Positions 37,027 to 46,650 of a stretch of DNA of 64,000 nucleotides are shown piece after piece. The DNA is taken from NCBI GenBank assembly GCA_026936335.1, contig JAPMXV010000046.1, forward strand, positions 372,001 to 436,000, in the 5' to 3' direction. The notes under the pieces are model-generated. The model was given only the letters and a program-made list of their open reading frames with translations, was not told the DNA's origin and made no database searches. Every line of letters starts with the position of its first letter. The first letter of the stretch is position 1. Source of the stretch: Mantamonas sphyraenae STR306. Its lineage: Eukaryota; Protista; CRuMs. The translations under genes were made by a program, and so were the position numbers.

Positions 37027-39171
37027 TCAAACGAAGCGGAAGTTGTTGGTGGCGAGGAGGACGTCTTGCGAAATGTGCACGGCAATGAGGAGGACAGCGA
37101 CCATGTAGCGTCTGTCGCGAAGGGAAAAGGCGCCGATGCCAAACAGATCCAAAGAGTAGAATTGACGGGCAGCCACCCAAAAGGCGGTGGTGACGACCCA
37201 GTCGACAACAAGGACAATGAGCAGGAACTGTACAATCAGAGCATAGCGAGCATCGTCCATGGCGTCGTAGGAGTAGGAGAACGCGATGGCGTTGTAGGAA
37301 AAGCGGAGGACGAGGGCGGTTGCAACAGTGCACACGGCACTGAAGCGCTGTGCCATGGCAAAGTAGTAGTATCGATGCAAGGTGCTGGTCCTGTGCTTGA
37401 GCAGACGCGTTTCCATGTCTGCGAGGTTGCCATTTTCCTTGTCGGGGATGCCAGAGTCGTGGTCGACGCTATCTGTGATGGCGTTGATGATGACGCTGAC
37501 AATGCCACGTTGGGAATCGGCGACGCGGATGAGCCACTGCTGGAGAGGGTACTCGACGTTGAGGAATGTCCATCGCCACGTACGGACCCAGTAGAGGACG
37601 AGGGTGCCAGCAAACTCGACGCCGAGCAGGATCCAAAAGGCGTTGAAATCGCGCAACCCCAGGTAGAGAGAGCGAAAGTAGAGACTTTGAAAGAGACGCC
37701 CCACCCAGAAACCCATGTACTGCATGTATAGTCTGTTTGTGACATGGTTCTGTTCGCGGGAGAGCTTGAAGAGCAAGCCTCGGATTTCGTCGTGTTGGCT
37801 GTCGAGGCGTTTGCCCACAAAGGTGAGCATGGCTTTGAAGGGCACAAGCATGACGGGAAACAGGGCAGACGCCACGAGTTGGTCTGCCTGGTGGGTCAAG
37901 CTGATGAAGTAGAAGCTGTACACGAGGCAGAAGATGTACGTGGTGATGGTGGCACAGGCAAAGGCAACGAGTTGCCAATAGATGCGCATGGGTGCACCCA
38001 CAACCTCGCGCATCTGTTCAATGCTTCGCCTGCGGGACATCTCCTCCACACCGAGAGTGACGAGCTCTGCGTTGATTCCGCTTGCAAACGACGTCCCGCG
38101 TGCCAGAGCACGCATCTGCTCGTGGCCCATGCTTACAGGACGCTCGGTGGGTGCAGCTGGTAGGGTCAGAGCCCTTGCGCGTCCGGGAGAGCCTGGCGCT
38201 GTCTGGTGGGCAATGCGGGGACTTTCGCGGGCTCCGGGGGGATTCTTGGTGGTTAAAGCGGAGGTCGTCCTTTCCGTCGCAGAGCTGCGCTTCATGTCGG
38301 GTAGGATCAGGCGAGCAGACTCTGCGTGGTCCGATGTGTCGGCTGCGGGCTCGTCGCTGTCGTCACTGTCGCGTGTGGCCACAGACGAAGTCTCGGATGA
38401 GCGAGGCGAGGCGCGGCGGGATTGGTGGCGCTCAAAGCGGTCGACAGCCGTGTCCAGCTGGCGTTGCATGTGACGCGCCTGAATGTACATAACACCAAAG
38501 ATGACCATGGCGCCAGGGCTGACTGCAAACGGGAGGGCCCAGCGGAAGTACTGGGGATCTGTGTGAAAGACCTCCAGGCTGGCGACGTCAAAAACGGTGC
38601 CCAGGGCCGCAGCAACAAGCACAAGCGCAATGTTGATACGAAGTGGGGGCGCAGGAAGGTAGAGGGAGAAGAGGACGACGCCAAAGGTGGCGGCGACGAG
38701 AAAGTACACCGTGTGGAAGGCAAACACAAAAAGGGTCGCATTCTGGTTGCCCGTTTCGGGCGAACCGTCGACATCCAGACGCAGCGGGATGAGAGCAAAG
38801 ACAAGCAGCAGGGCAGCAGGCAGAAAGACAATCAGTTGGGAGTTGAGCGTTTCTGGCAGGAGGCCACGGCGTGCGGTGAGGGATTCCTGGTCCTCGCAGG
38901 GATTTGGCGGCTGGTCGGCGTTTTTTGGTCCAGAAGCAGTGGTGGCTTCGACCACTTTGGAGAGTTTGCGTGCACGCGTTTCCTTGATGGGGACGAGGGG
39001 TGAACCACGTGTTTGGTAGGCATCGGACATGCTGCGGTCACGACGTGGCGTGGGCGGTGTTTGCTGGGCCTCGGTGATGGGTTCCAGCGGGGGGAGGTTT
39101 TGCAAGGCAGCAGGCCCAGCTCTCGCTCGCGAACCCGAGCGGCCCTGGTGGGTGGGCAGGATCGGATTCAT
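37027..39171 (-). CDS. Unrecognised multi-pass membrane protein (paralogue of 17295..19878)
   Basis: 714-aa intronless ORF. Shares FVFAFH, YWQLV.FA, WVGRLFQSLYFR, AMAQRFS and HISQDVLLATN with the 17-19 kb gene. Confidence 0.8.
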   Translation of the reverse strand: MNPILPTHQGRSGSRARAGPAALQNLPPLEPITEAQQTPPTPRRDRSMSDAYQTRGSPLVPIKETRARKLSKVVEATTASGPKNADQPPNPCEDQESLTARRGLLPETLNSQLIVFLPAALLLVFALIPLRLDVDGSPETGNQNATLFVFAFHTVYFLVAATFGVVLFSLYLPAPPLRINIALVLVAAALGTVFDVASLEVFHTDPQYFRWALPFAVSPGAMVIFGVMYIQARHMQRQLDTAVDRFERHQSRRASPRSSETSSVATRDSDDSDEPAADTSDHAESARLILPDMKRSSATERTTSALTTKNPPGARESPRIAHQTAPGSPGRARALTLPAAPTERPVSMGHEQMRALARGTSFASGINAELVTLGVEEMSRRRSIEQMREVVGAPMRIYWQLVAFACATITTYIFCLVYSFYFISLTHQADQLVASALFPVMLVPFKAMLTFVGKRLDSQHDEIRGLLFKLSREQNHVTNRLYMQYMGFWVGRLFQSLYFRSLYLGLRDFNAFWILLGVEFAGTLVLYWVRTWRWTFLNVEYPLQQWLIRVADSQRGIVSVIINAITDSVDHDSGIPDKENGNLADMETRLLKHRTSTLHRYYYFAMAQRFSAVCTVATALVLRFSYNAIAFSYSYDAMDDARYALIVQFLLIVLVVDWVVTTAFWVAARQFYSLDLFGIGAFSLRDRRYMVAVLLIAVHISQDVLLATNNFRFV

Positions 39172-39258
39172 GGCTGTAGGATCAAGGGATCAAGAGACGA
39201 GAGAAAAAGGACACAGACACACACAGATGGGAAAACGTGTGGGAATTTGATTGTCTGG

Positions 39259-42200
39259 TCAGCGTGAGAGCATCCAGGGTGATGTCCTGCCACAAACCCA
39301 GAGTTCTGCGCCAACATCCTCACGCATGCCATCGACGACCACCTGGAGTTGTATGGCACCGTTGTGTTGGACGCCCCACAATTGCATGTCGACGGCACAG
39401 AGGGCACTTTGGGCATAGGAGGCGACAGCGACGGCGGCATCGGACAACTGGGTGCAGACGTCGTCTGTGATGCGTACCATGCGTGGGATGCCACTGTCGT
39501 CGACCACAAGGCCATCGGAGTCGAGTTGCTGGAGGTCGACCCATGTGGAGTCACCGACACGGGCACACAGACGACAGACGCCGCGGAAGACGACGCCCGC
39601 GAATGTGACCATGCGTCCTGCGCTGTCGCCCACACGCTCCTGGGTGTTGTCCACCCACACGCTGAGATCGCCGGTGGAGTTGCCATCTGCCTGTTGCACC
39701 TCATCCATCCACTTCATGGCGTCTGCCCAGGCGTCACGGTCAAAGGTGCGTTCCATTCGCGGTTGCCACTGCCGGCCTCCAATCCACAGGCGCTGCCACT
39801 GCTGCACATCCTGCAAGTCGAGGTCCTGGCCCGCAGGTACCATGCGATGTGCAGGGACACGCACACCGATGGCCTCGGCGTGTTGCCAGAGCCACCAACG
39901 ATCGAATCCCGGCCGCCACGGGTTGACGACGTCGATGCCAAAGAGACGCAGCTGGGAGGTGAGCTGTTCGCGCTCGTGTGGGGAACAGGCCACAAGGACG
40001 ACGGAATCGAGGCGGACGCTTGCGTCGACGTGGGTCAGTCTGTCGTCGCTGTGGCGTCCCACTTGGTACTCGACAAACTCGCGACGCAGCCATTGGTAGA
40101 CGAGGAGCCTGCGTGCACGGCCATCGGAGGTGAGCCACTCTTTGCTGACACCGACGACGTTGGATTGCGCTTCCACGTGACTGAGACTCATCACGACCTC
40201 GCTGGCCTGGCGCCAATCGGCAAACACGACCCCCACCGTGTGATCCAGGCCACACACGTCGGCAAAGCAGGGTGAACCCTCCTCGGAGAGACCCAACGGG
40301 TGGAGGAGGATGCGTGGTGCACGCTCACTCTCGGGCTGCCTGCCGAGGGCAATGCTTGTGACAGCGAGTTGCATGACACGACGCAGAAAGGTGGGCTTGT
40401 TGCGCACCCAGCGTCGCACATCGGCCATGGTCACACTCTGCACATGCATGGCCTCAAAGTCAAACTCTTCGCGTTGGATCGTATCGGCGAGGCGTGTGGC
40501 ATGGTCGTCCATGAGGGCTTCCAGGGCCTCGTCGTCCTGGGGCAATGTGTCTGCACGCATGCGCTCCAACTGCATGGAGATTTCTGCCATACACACCAGC
40601 ATGAGACTGACATGTTCCATGCCAAAGGTGCTGCTTGTAATCGCCCCCTGCTGGAGCAGCCCTGCCCAGATGCCTTTCATCGAACGTCCACTGCCACTCA
40701 CGCGCCAGTTGATCACCACGCGACCGTTTCGATCGCGCCACGACGAGGAGGACGGGTTGGACGAGGAAGAGGACGAGGACGAGGACGAGGACGACCCCAC
40801 CTCGGCCATCTCGCTGGCAGCTTCCACTTCGACGACGCGCTGGGCTTCCAGAGCCGCGGCCTGTTTGCTTTCCTCCAACAGGTGGCGTGCCATGTGCGGC
40901 GTGTCCACGTCTTCAAACAGGGCCTGGAGATGCTCGTGGGCTGCATACAGGTACATGCGGAGCACAGTCGCGTTTGCAGCACCGACGAGCGAGGCATCCA
41001 TGGCACTGGGGGCCATGGAAATACGTTCCAGCTTGCGTTCGAGTGTCTGCTGCATCTGTGACTCGCTGTCCATGATGTCACGCCACAGTCTTGCCTCGTC
41101 GACCAACACGTCGACCACCTCAAACGTGAATCCTGTCACTCGTGCCTGCACACGCATCTGCAGGCTGTGGTCGTACACGTGGTACAGCCGCCTTCCCACG
41201 TCCACATCCACCAGTGTCATGTGCTCCTGATGCGGTGCTTGTTGCCAGCGTCCGCTGCCCACGGGGCGTTCGGTGGACCACAGAGGACGAGGCTGCAATC
41301 GCATGCTGACGCAACGAGGCCAACTGTACGGCACACCACGCGCATCCTGTGCTCCGCTCTCGTCTGCAGCGCAACGAGCTTCAGCGTAGGCCAAGGCAGC
41401 CTCGCAGGCGCGGCGGTCGAGAGCATCAAGAAAGGCGTCGCGCACGTCGCTGACCACCACCTCACGGCCTACTTTGACATGCCACGTCTTTGCACTCGGC
41501 GACGCGTGTGTCCACATGCGTCCCAGCCGGTGGCTGACTGTGTAGGTGCCTGCGTTGAGGGATCCATCGCGCATCTTCCAGCTGGCCACACAGGCCACGT
41601 CGACGACGCTGTCGACAAAGTCTTTGGGCCAGTAGCGCAGGTTGCACTGCGTGTCGATGCCCAACGCATGCAGTTGGGATGTGGTGAGCCATGTGCATGC
41701 ATGGCACACAGCCAGGTCCGTATTCCCCGCTGACGAAAGTGTTTGGCGTTGGCACAGCGCCAGAAGCGTGTTATCCTCCTCATCCTGTGGTTGGATAGAG
41801 GCAGACGGGTTGAAGATGGGATCGTGGTTGGTGGACGGATGCGGAGTGGGACTGGGCGAGTCTGTGACCGGATACCCTACGGCGCGGCCTGCCGGGCTGC
41901 CGGTGCCAATGACACAGCTGCCAATGACGGGAAGGACGAAGCGAGCGGCACAGAGCACCATGTCCATAGGGCCGTGTGTGTGGACACTCTGTACGCGGCG
42001 GTCGGCTTCGAGCAGACCCATGCCGACCTCGTTGACAAGGGCCCTGCGCAGCTGGCCGGCAGTCATCCAGAAGTAGGCCTCATCGACACCAAGCATGGGG
42101 CGTGCGGGCGAAAAGACAAGGTCCATCTCTGGGGCGAGGCAGATTTGACCATCTTGAAGGGCAGCAGCACGTAGTGGGATGCCACGGCGAGCCATGAAGC

Positions 42201-45200
42201 CGTTTGCGTTCATAGCGTCCAGGTGTTGCATGCTAGTGGCATACTGGTCGTCCCAGGTGGATCCCAAACACAACACATTCAAACGACGCTGACTTTGCAG
42301 CACAGAAGGGTCTGTGGGATCCAGGCGTTCGAGGACATAGGGCAAGGCACCGACACGGACACGAGCACGCACGACATGCCACACCTGCTCAAATTGCAGT
42401 GCAAGGGCGGTTTGTTGCTCCTCGTCGGCCACACACGTGCCAATGGCCGGCATGGCCAAGAGATCCCTGTCGGAAACAAGGTCATCGCTGATGACAACGC
42501 GGCCGACAAGGGCATGGAGCTCAGTGCGGCTGGCCTCGCCCGTGGTGGCCATGACTGCGGTCATCCAAGCGTACACGAGACGCACTTGAGGCCACGAGCC
42601 ACACCCGGCAGTCTCGCAGGCAACCACAACGTCCATGAGGGCCGGCCAGACATCGGGAGTGGCAAGGGTGTCTGCACACGCACGCACACTGGCACATGAA
42701 CACACGAGTTCCCACGCTTCCCTGCCCTCTTGCTCCCCCATACGAGGCAACACAGTGTGCACAAAGCGCTGTGCGGCGAGACCGTCGATTTGCCAGCCGA
42801 GGGTGCCCGCCACCCACTGCACCCACTCCTCGGCGTGGTCCACACACGTGTCCTGCTGCGCAAGGTAGACCATGGTCCAGGCCAACATCACACCACAGCC
42901 TCGATGGACATCAATGACGTCGATCGTGCCGTCGTCGAGCTGTGTGGTGAGCGTGCGGAGTACGTCGCGCACGGTGGTCATGGCTTGTTCGCACATCCGT
43001 GTGGCGACTTCCTTTGCACGCAATTGGGCCAACAGGCCATCTTGGGTGTCATGTTCACGGAATCCACCCCCCAGTACCGCACGCAGAGCCTCATGGCGTG
43101 CCACGGTGGTCATGTTTGCGTACGCACGCTCTTCCAGTGCCTTGCGGCTGGGAATGTATGCGTGCTGGGTGTCGTGTACGCTTGGGGAGGATGCGGAGGA
43201 CGCAGACAGAGAGGAGGAGGAGGAGGAGGAGGAGGGGGCAGCCACGCGCACCCTTCCAAATGCATACAAGGGACACTGGAGGGCGTGGGTCAGGGACTGG
43301 CAGGCGGCATGGACGTCCTCTTCGCTGAATCCGGCACCACGCAGGATCTGTGTTTGATATTCTGCACTTGCGCCATCCAGCAACCAGCGTCCACCCAATG
43401 CAAGCCATTGCCAGGCTGCAAACGAGTCTGAGAGGACGCCGTCGCGAACGATTCGCAGCCTGTCGCTGCCTCCGAACACGCGGTACTCTCTGCGCAACCG
43501 TTTCACGTCGACCCAAGTGCGCAGGGTGTCGTCCATGTGTTGCGACGGGGCGTTGCCCGCGGCACATGCGGCGGCTGCGTTGTAAAGAGCAATGGCCCGC
43601 GACTCCTGCCACTCGAGCTCTTGCCACAGGGTGTGCATGTCCAATTCTGGCCATCGCCTGGTCTGTGCCCGGTCGCACAGGTTGACGTAGGTTGCACAGC
43701 GTCCCGAACCTGCACGCTCGCTCATGGCAGTGACTGGCATGCCCGACTGGCGGTCGATGCCTCGCACGCAGGCGTACCATGCCATGACGCGAGTGGGGGT
43801 CCAACCACAATGGGCATCGGTCTGAATGACAGCCATGTTGCTTGTGGGATTGCCCATGAGCATGAGGTCACGCAGATGGCAGACGTGGACGTCGTTGACC
43901 CAAGCGGACAGCGCAGGTGCCCCAAGCAACAATGCGTCGGCGCCCTGGAGATGAGACACGGTGGTAGCGACGGTGTGGATGTCCATGGAGGCCCTTCGTG
44001 CAAAGACGTCCTCCATGCCGGCAGGGATGTGGAGGCGTGTGGCCATACCCACGAGGTCGTTGTCCAGCAGGGACAGGGGCAGCTGCTCCATGGCCAGCTG
44101 CAAGGCAACAGCGCTGGTGTCCATCCACACCACGCGCTGTTGGCTGAGCGATTCGCCCAAGGTTTCGTGGAGGGTGTGGACCATGGAACAGGCGCGACGT
44201 ACCTCGTCGCTGGTTTGCGACGCACGCTTGAGCAACACGCGGAACAGGGGCGTCTCACTGTCCACCCACGGGTCAAGGGCGGCGTCGATGCGTTGGACCA
44301 ATGCAGCCAAACGGGCGTTTTCCACTGGCAATACATCATTGCGCTGAAGGAGCATGAGACGCTCGAGAGAGTTGTCCGGCATGATGTGTCGCACGGCAAT
44401 GCGCATGTTTGCATTGCCCTGCGTGTTGACAACACACCAATGGGCCCATTCGTGCCAGGAGCCGAGTTGTTGCCGGGCCTGATTGACAATGGCGGCGTGG
44501 CGGTGCAACACAGCACGCTGTGCACCTGCCAGACCCAACACATCCAACAGGTTTTCGTGGTGATCGTACAGAGCCACTTCGTCGCTGCCGCACCTGTCTT
44601 CCAAGGAGGCCACATCCAGAAGGACGTCGGGCAGGGTGTAGCCTTGTGGCCAGCGGCCGTAGAACGAGCGAGCATGCTCGCCACTCTCGGCGTCATTGAC
44701 GGCAATGGTCATGCGAGCCGAGTCCGAGTCGATGCTGGTGAGCACCACACGCACGTGTTCGTCCTTGCCCAAGGATTCCATCTTGCCACCGAGGTTGTGG
44801 CTGACAACGGCCGTGCGGGCTGCACTGGTCCTTCCCATACGCTTTGGGTGCCTCATACGGTACCAATTGCGCACGTATGCGCCAATGCCTAGCTGGCTGT
44901 AGTGGGTGTCGAGAAATTGCAGCAGCCGCAGACGCAGTTGCGAGCGTTCGGTCGCCTCGTGCTCCAGTTGCAAATCTGGATGCAGCCGAAGGGCCTCGCG
45001 GATGGCATCGCCATGGTCATTGGTCACTTCCACGTCGTACACACGCGGATGTCGATGGACCATCAAGACGGCTGCCTCGTCGCGGACGAGGGCAACATCG
45101 ACGCAGGCGTGTGCACGGACAAGGAAGAACTCGTGTCTCTCTGAGACGTCGAGCAGCAATAAATCGAGGTCGTGGTGAGCCTGTGCACGCAGTTCCAGCT

Positions 45201-46650
45201 GCAAAAAGTGGCAAAGGGAAGCCAGGACGGCTGCTTCACAGCGCACAAACTCATTGTCCTCCAAGAGTTGCAACAGTGCCTCCTGTTGCTCCTTCATGGG
45301 GTCCAACAGTGCTTCGAGGCCGTATTCGCGCAGGATGTGTTGGGCAAACACGGTGAGTTGACGTAGCTGGTGTTCGATGGCATCGTCAATCTCCTGGCCC
45401 AAGCTGTGTTGCGCTACGACAGTCTCCAGCGCCAACTGGTCGTGCAAGGACCAATCGACGAGAGCAGAGACGTATCCTGTGGGCACGGAACCCTGGGTGA
45501 CACAGCAGTGGACGTAGCGGCGCTGTGAGGCTGCTGGGGAGGCATGGACGGCGTGTGCCAGACCACGCACCTGCTCCTCGACAGCACACCAGGATTGGGC
45601 GCGTGGCGAGTATGCGACCCATTGCAGGCTGGGGTAGCCACGGTAGGCCTCTGTCTGCAAGGCACTGGTGGCGGGAATGTGGAGGAGGATGTCCTGTGCA
45701 ACGGCAGCCCAGCGTACGTCGCCATCTCCGCGTACGACATGCATGAGTGCCACTGGGTTTGCTTCGCTGTCGGCGAGTTGGGCATCAAAGTCTTGCAGCT
45801 CCTTGTGGCTGGTGACGTCGGCCGCAAGGTTGGCTTTTTGTACGGCCGCCATGGCCCACTGGCGTGCAAAGTGGGCATTCCACACAGGGGCCACCTGACC
45901 AAATCCGGGCCAAGTGTAGTCATCGCATGGGGGCATGTTGGCAAGGGCGACGACGTGCGGGCCCTGAGAAATTAAGGGGTGTTCCTTGTCGAGGACCACG
46001 GCCAGCGAGTGTGTGTTCCAGGCGTGCAGACCCACTGCAGTCTGCCACCACACCACATTGTATCCACAGGGCGTCTGTACAAAAGCATCGATGTCTCCGG
46101 TGAGGAGGAGGGAGCGAAGGGAGCCGCCGACGTCAAGGGTGGCCTCGTGGAGGGCAAGGGCATCACACACGCTCGATTGTGTGTGTTGTGACATGTTCTG
46201 GAAACACTGCCACATGGTATGGGTGGCCAGGGCGGGACGGGCGTGTCCAAAGGCCAGACACAGGGCAAACAAGGCGTTGCGCGCGCACTCGTCTTGGACA
46301 TCCAACACGGCCAGGTCAACGGCAACGACCCCGGGAAGAGGAGACCATGCCATGGTGTGGCCGTGGCGCACAAACAACAGAGTGGTGGCGTCCATTTGGG
46401 CCAGTGGTATCTCCTCGAGCGTGGGGACAGCAGCTTCGCCGGCGGCGACCTCTGCCCGAGCCAGCGGATCAGCGTCCTCCAGGGCATCCAGATGCCACAG
46501 CACCTTCCACGGATGCAAGAGGGCAGTGGCAGTCAAGACACCGCTGTACTGTGCCTGCACCTGCCCGTCCAACTGGCATGTGCCCACAGCAAACTCGGCG
46601 TCTGTGCGCCCGAGGAACATTTGTTGTTTGAGCGAGGGGTGCATTGTCAT
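39259..46650 (-). CDS. Giant orphan protein (2463 aa, uninterrupted ORF) with a C-terminal degenerate ATP-grasp-like domain
   Basis: 7.4-kb open frame with complex, mostly non-repetitive sequence. C-terminal GIDVVNP..FDR..GVRVP..RLCARVG..LSDAAVAVA..LCAVDM follows the RimK-type ATP-grasp layout. True start codon uncertain. Confidence 0.75.
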   Translation of the reverse strand: MTMHPSLKQQMFLGRTDAEFAVGTCQLDGQVQAQYSGVLTATALLHPWKVLWHLDALEDADPLARAEVAAGEAAVPTLEEIPLAQMDATTLLFVRHGHTMAWSPLPGVVAVDLAVLDVQDECARNALFALCLAFGHARPALATHTMWQCFQNMSQHTQSSVCDALALHEATLDVGGSLRSLLLTGDIDAFVQTPCGYNVVWWQTAVGLHAWNTHSLAVVLDKEHPLISQGPHVVALANMPPCDDYTWPGFGQVAPVWNAHFARQWAMAAVQKANLAADVTSHKELQDFDAQLADSEANPVALMHVVRGDGDVRWAAVAQDILLHIPATSALQTEAYRGYPSLQWVAYSPRAQSWCAVEEQVRGLAHAVHASPAASQRRYVHCCVTQGSVPTGYVSALVDWSLHDQLALETVVAQHSLGQEIDDAIEHQLRQLTVFAQHILREYGLEALLDPMKEQQEALLQLLEDNEFVRCEAAVLASLCHFLQLELRAQAHHDLDLLLLDVSERHEFFLVRAHACVDVALVRDEAAVLMVHRHPRVYDVEVTNDHGDAIREALRLHPDLQLEHEATERSQLRLRLLQFLDTHYSQLGIGAYVRNWYRMRHPKRMGRTSAARTAVVSHNLGGKMESLGKDEHVRVVLTSIDSDSARMTIAVNDAESGEHARSFYGRWPQGYTLPDVLLDVASLEDRCGSDEVALYDHHENLLDVLGLAGAQRAVLHRHAAIVNQARQQLGSWHEWAHWCVVNTQGNANMRIAVRHIMPDNSLERLMLLQRNDVLPVENARLAALVQRIDAALDPWVDSETPLFRVLLKRASQTSDEVRRACSMVHTLHETLGESLSQQRVVWMDTSAVALQLAMEQLPLSLLDNDLVGMATRLHIPAGMEDVFARRASMDIHTVATTVSHLQGADALLLGAPALSAWVNDVHVCHLRDLMLMGNPTSNMAVIQTDAHCGWTPTRVMAWYACVRGIDRQSGMPVTAMSERAGSGRCATYVNLCDRAQTRRWPELDMHTLWQELEWQESRAIALYNAAAACAAGNAPSQHMDDTLRTWVDVKRLRREYRVFGGSDRLRIVRDGVLSDSFAAWQWLALGGRWLLDGASAEYQTQILRGAGFSEEDVHAACQSLTHALQCPLYAFGRVRVAAPSSSSSSSSLSASSASSPSVHDTQHAYIPSRKALEERAYANMTTVARHEALRAVLGGGFREHDTQDGLLAQLRAKEVATRMCEQAMTTVRDVLRTLTTQLDDGTIDVIDVHRGCGVMLAWTMVYLAQQDTCVDHAEEWVQWVAGTLGWQIDGLAAQRFVHTVLPRMGEQEGREAWELVCSCASVRACADTLATPDVWPALMDVVVACETAGCGSWPQVRLVYAWMTAVMATTGEASRTELHALVGRVVISDDLVSDRDLLAMPAIGTCVADEEQQTALALQFEQVWHVVRARVRVGALPYVLERLDPTDPSVLQSQRRLNVLCLGSTWDDQYATSMQHLDAMNANGFMARRGIPLRAAALQDGQICLAPEMDLVFSPARPMLGVDEAYFWMTAGQLRRALVNEVGMGLLEADRRVQSVHTHGPMDMVLCAARFVLPVIGSCVIGTGSPAGRAVGYPVTDSPSPTPHPSTNHDPIFNPSASIQPQDEEDNTLLALCQRQTLSSAGNTDLAVCHACTWLTTSQLHALGIDTQCNLRYWPKDFVDSVVDVACVASWKMRDGSLNAGTYTVSHRLGRMWTHASPSAKTWHVKVGREVVVSDVRDAFLDALDRRACEAALAYAEARCAADESGAQDARGVPYSWPRCVSMRLQPRPLWSTERPVGSGRWQQAPHQEHMTLVDVDVGRRLYHVYDHSLQMRVQARVTGFTFEVVDVLVDEARLWRDIMDSESQMQQTLERKLERISMAPSAMDASLVGAANATVLRMYLYAAHEHLQALFEDVDTPHMARHLLEESKQAAALEAQRVVEVEAASEMAEVGSSSSSSSSSSSSNPSSSSWRDRNGRVVINWRVSGSGRSMKGIWAGLLQQGAITSSTFGMEHVSLMLVCMAEISMQLERMRADTLPQDDEALEALMDDHATRLADTIQREEFDFEAMHVQSVTMADVRRWVRNKPTFLRRVMQLAVTSIALGRQPESERAPRILLHPLGLSEEGSPCFADVCGLDHTVGVVFADWRQASEVVMSLSHVEAQSNVVGVSKEWLTSDGRARRLLVYQWLRREFVEYQVGRHSDDRLTHVDASVRLDSVVLVACSPHEREQLTSQLRLFGIDVVNPWRPGFDRWWLWQHAEAIGVRVPAHRMVPAGQDLDLQDVQQWQRLWIGGRQWQPRMERTFDRDAWADAMKWMDEVQQADGNSTGDLSVWVDNTQERVGDSAGRMVTFAGVVFRGVCRLCARVGDSTWVDLQQLDSDGLVVDDSGIPRMVRITDDVCTQLSDAAVAVASYAQSALCAVDMQLWGVQHNGAIQLQVVVDGMREDVGAELWVCGRTSPWMLSR

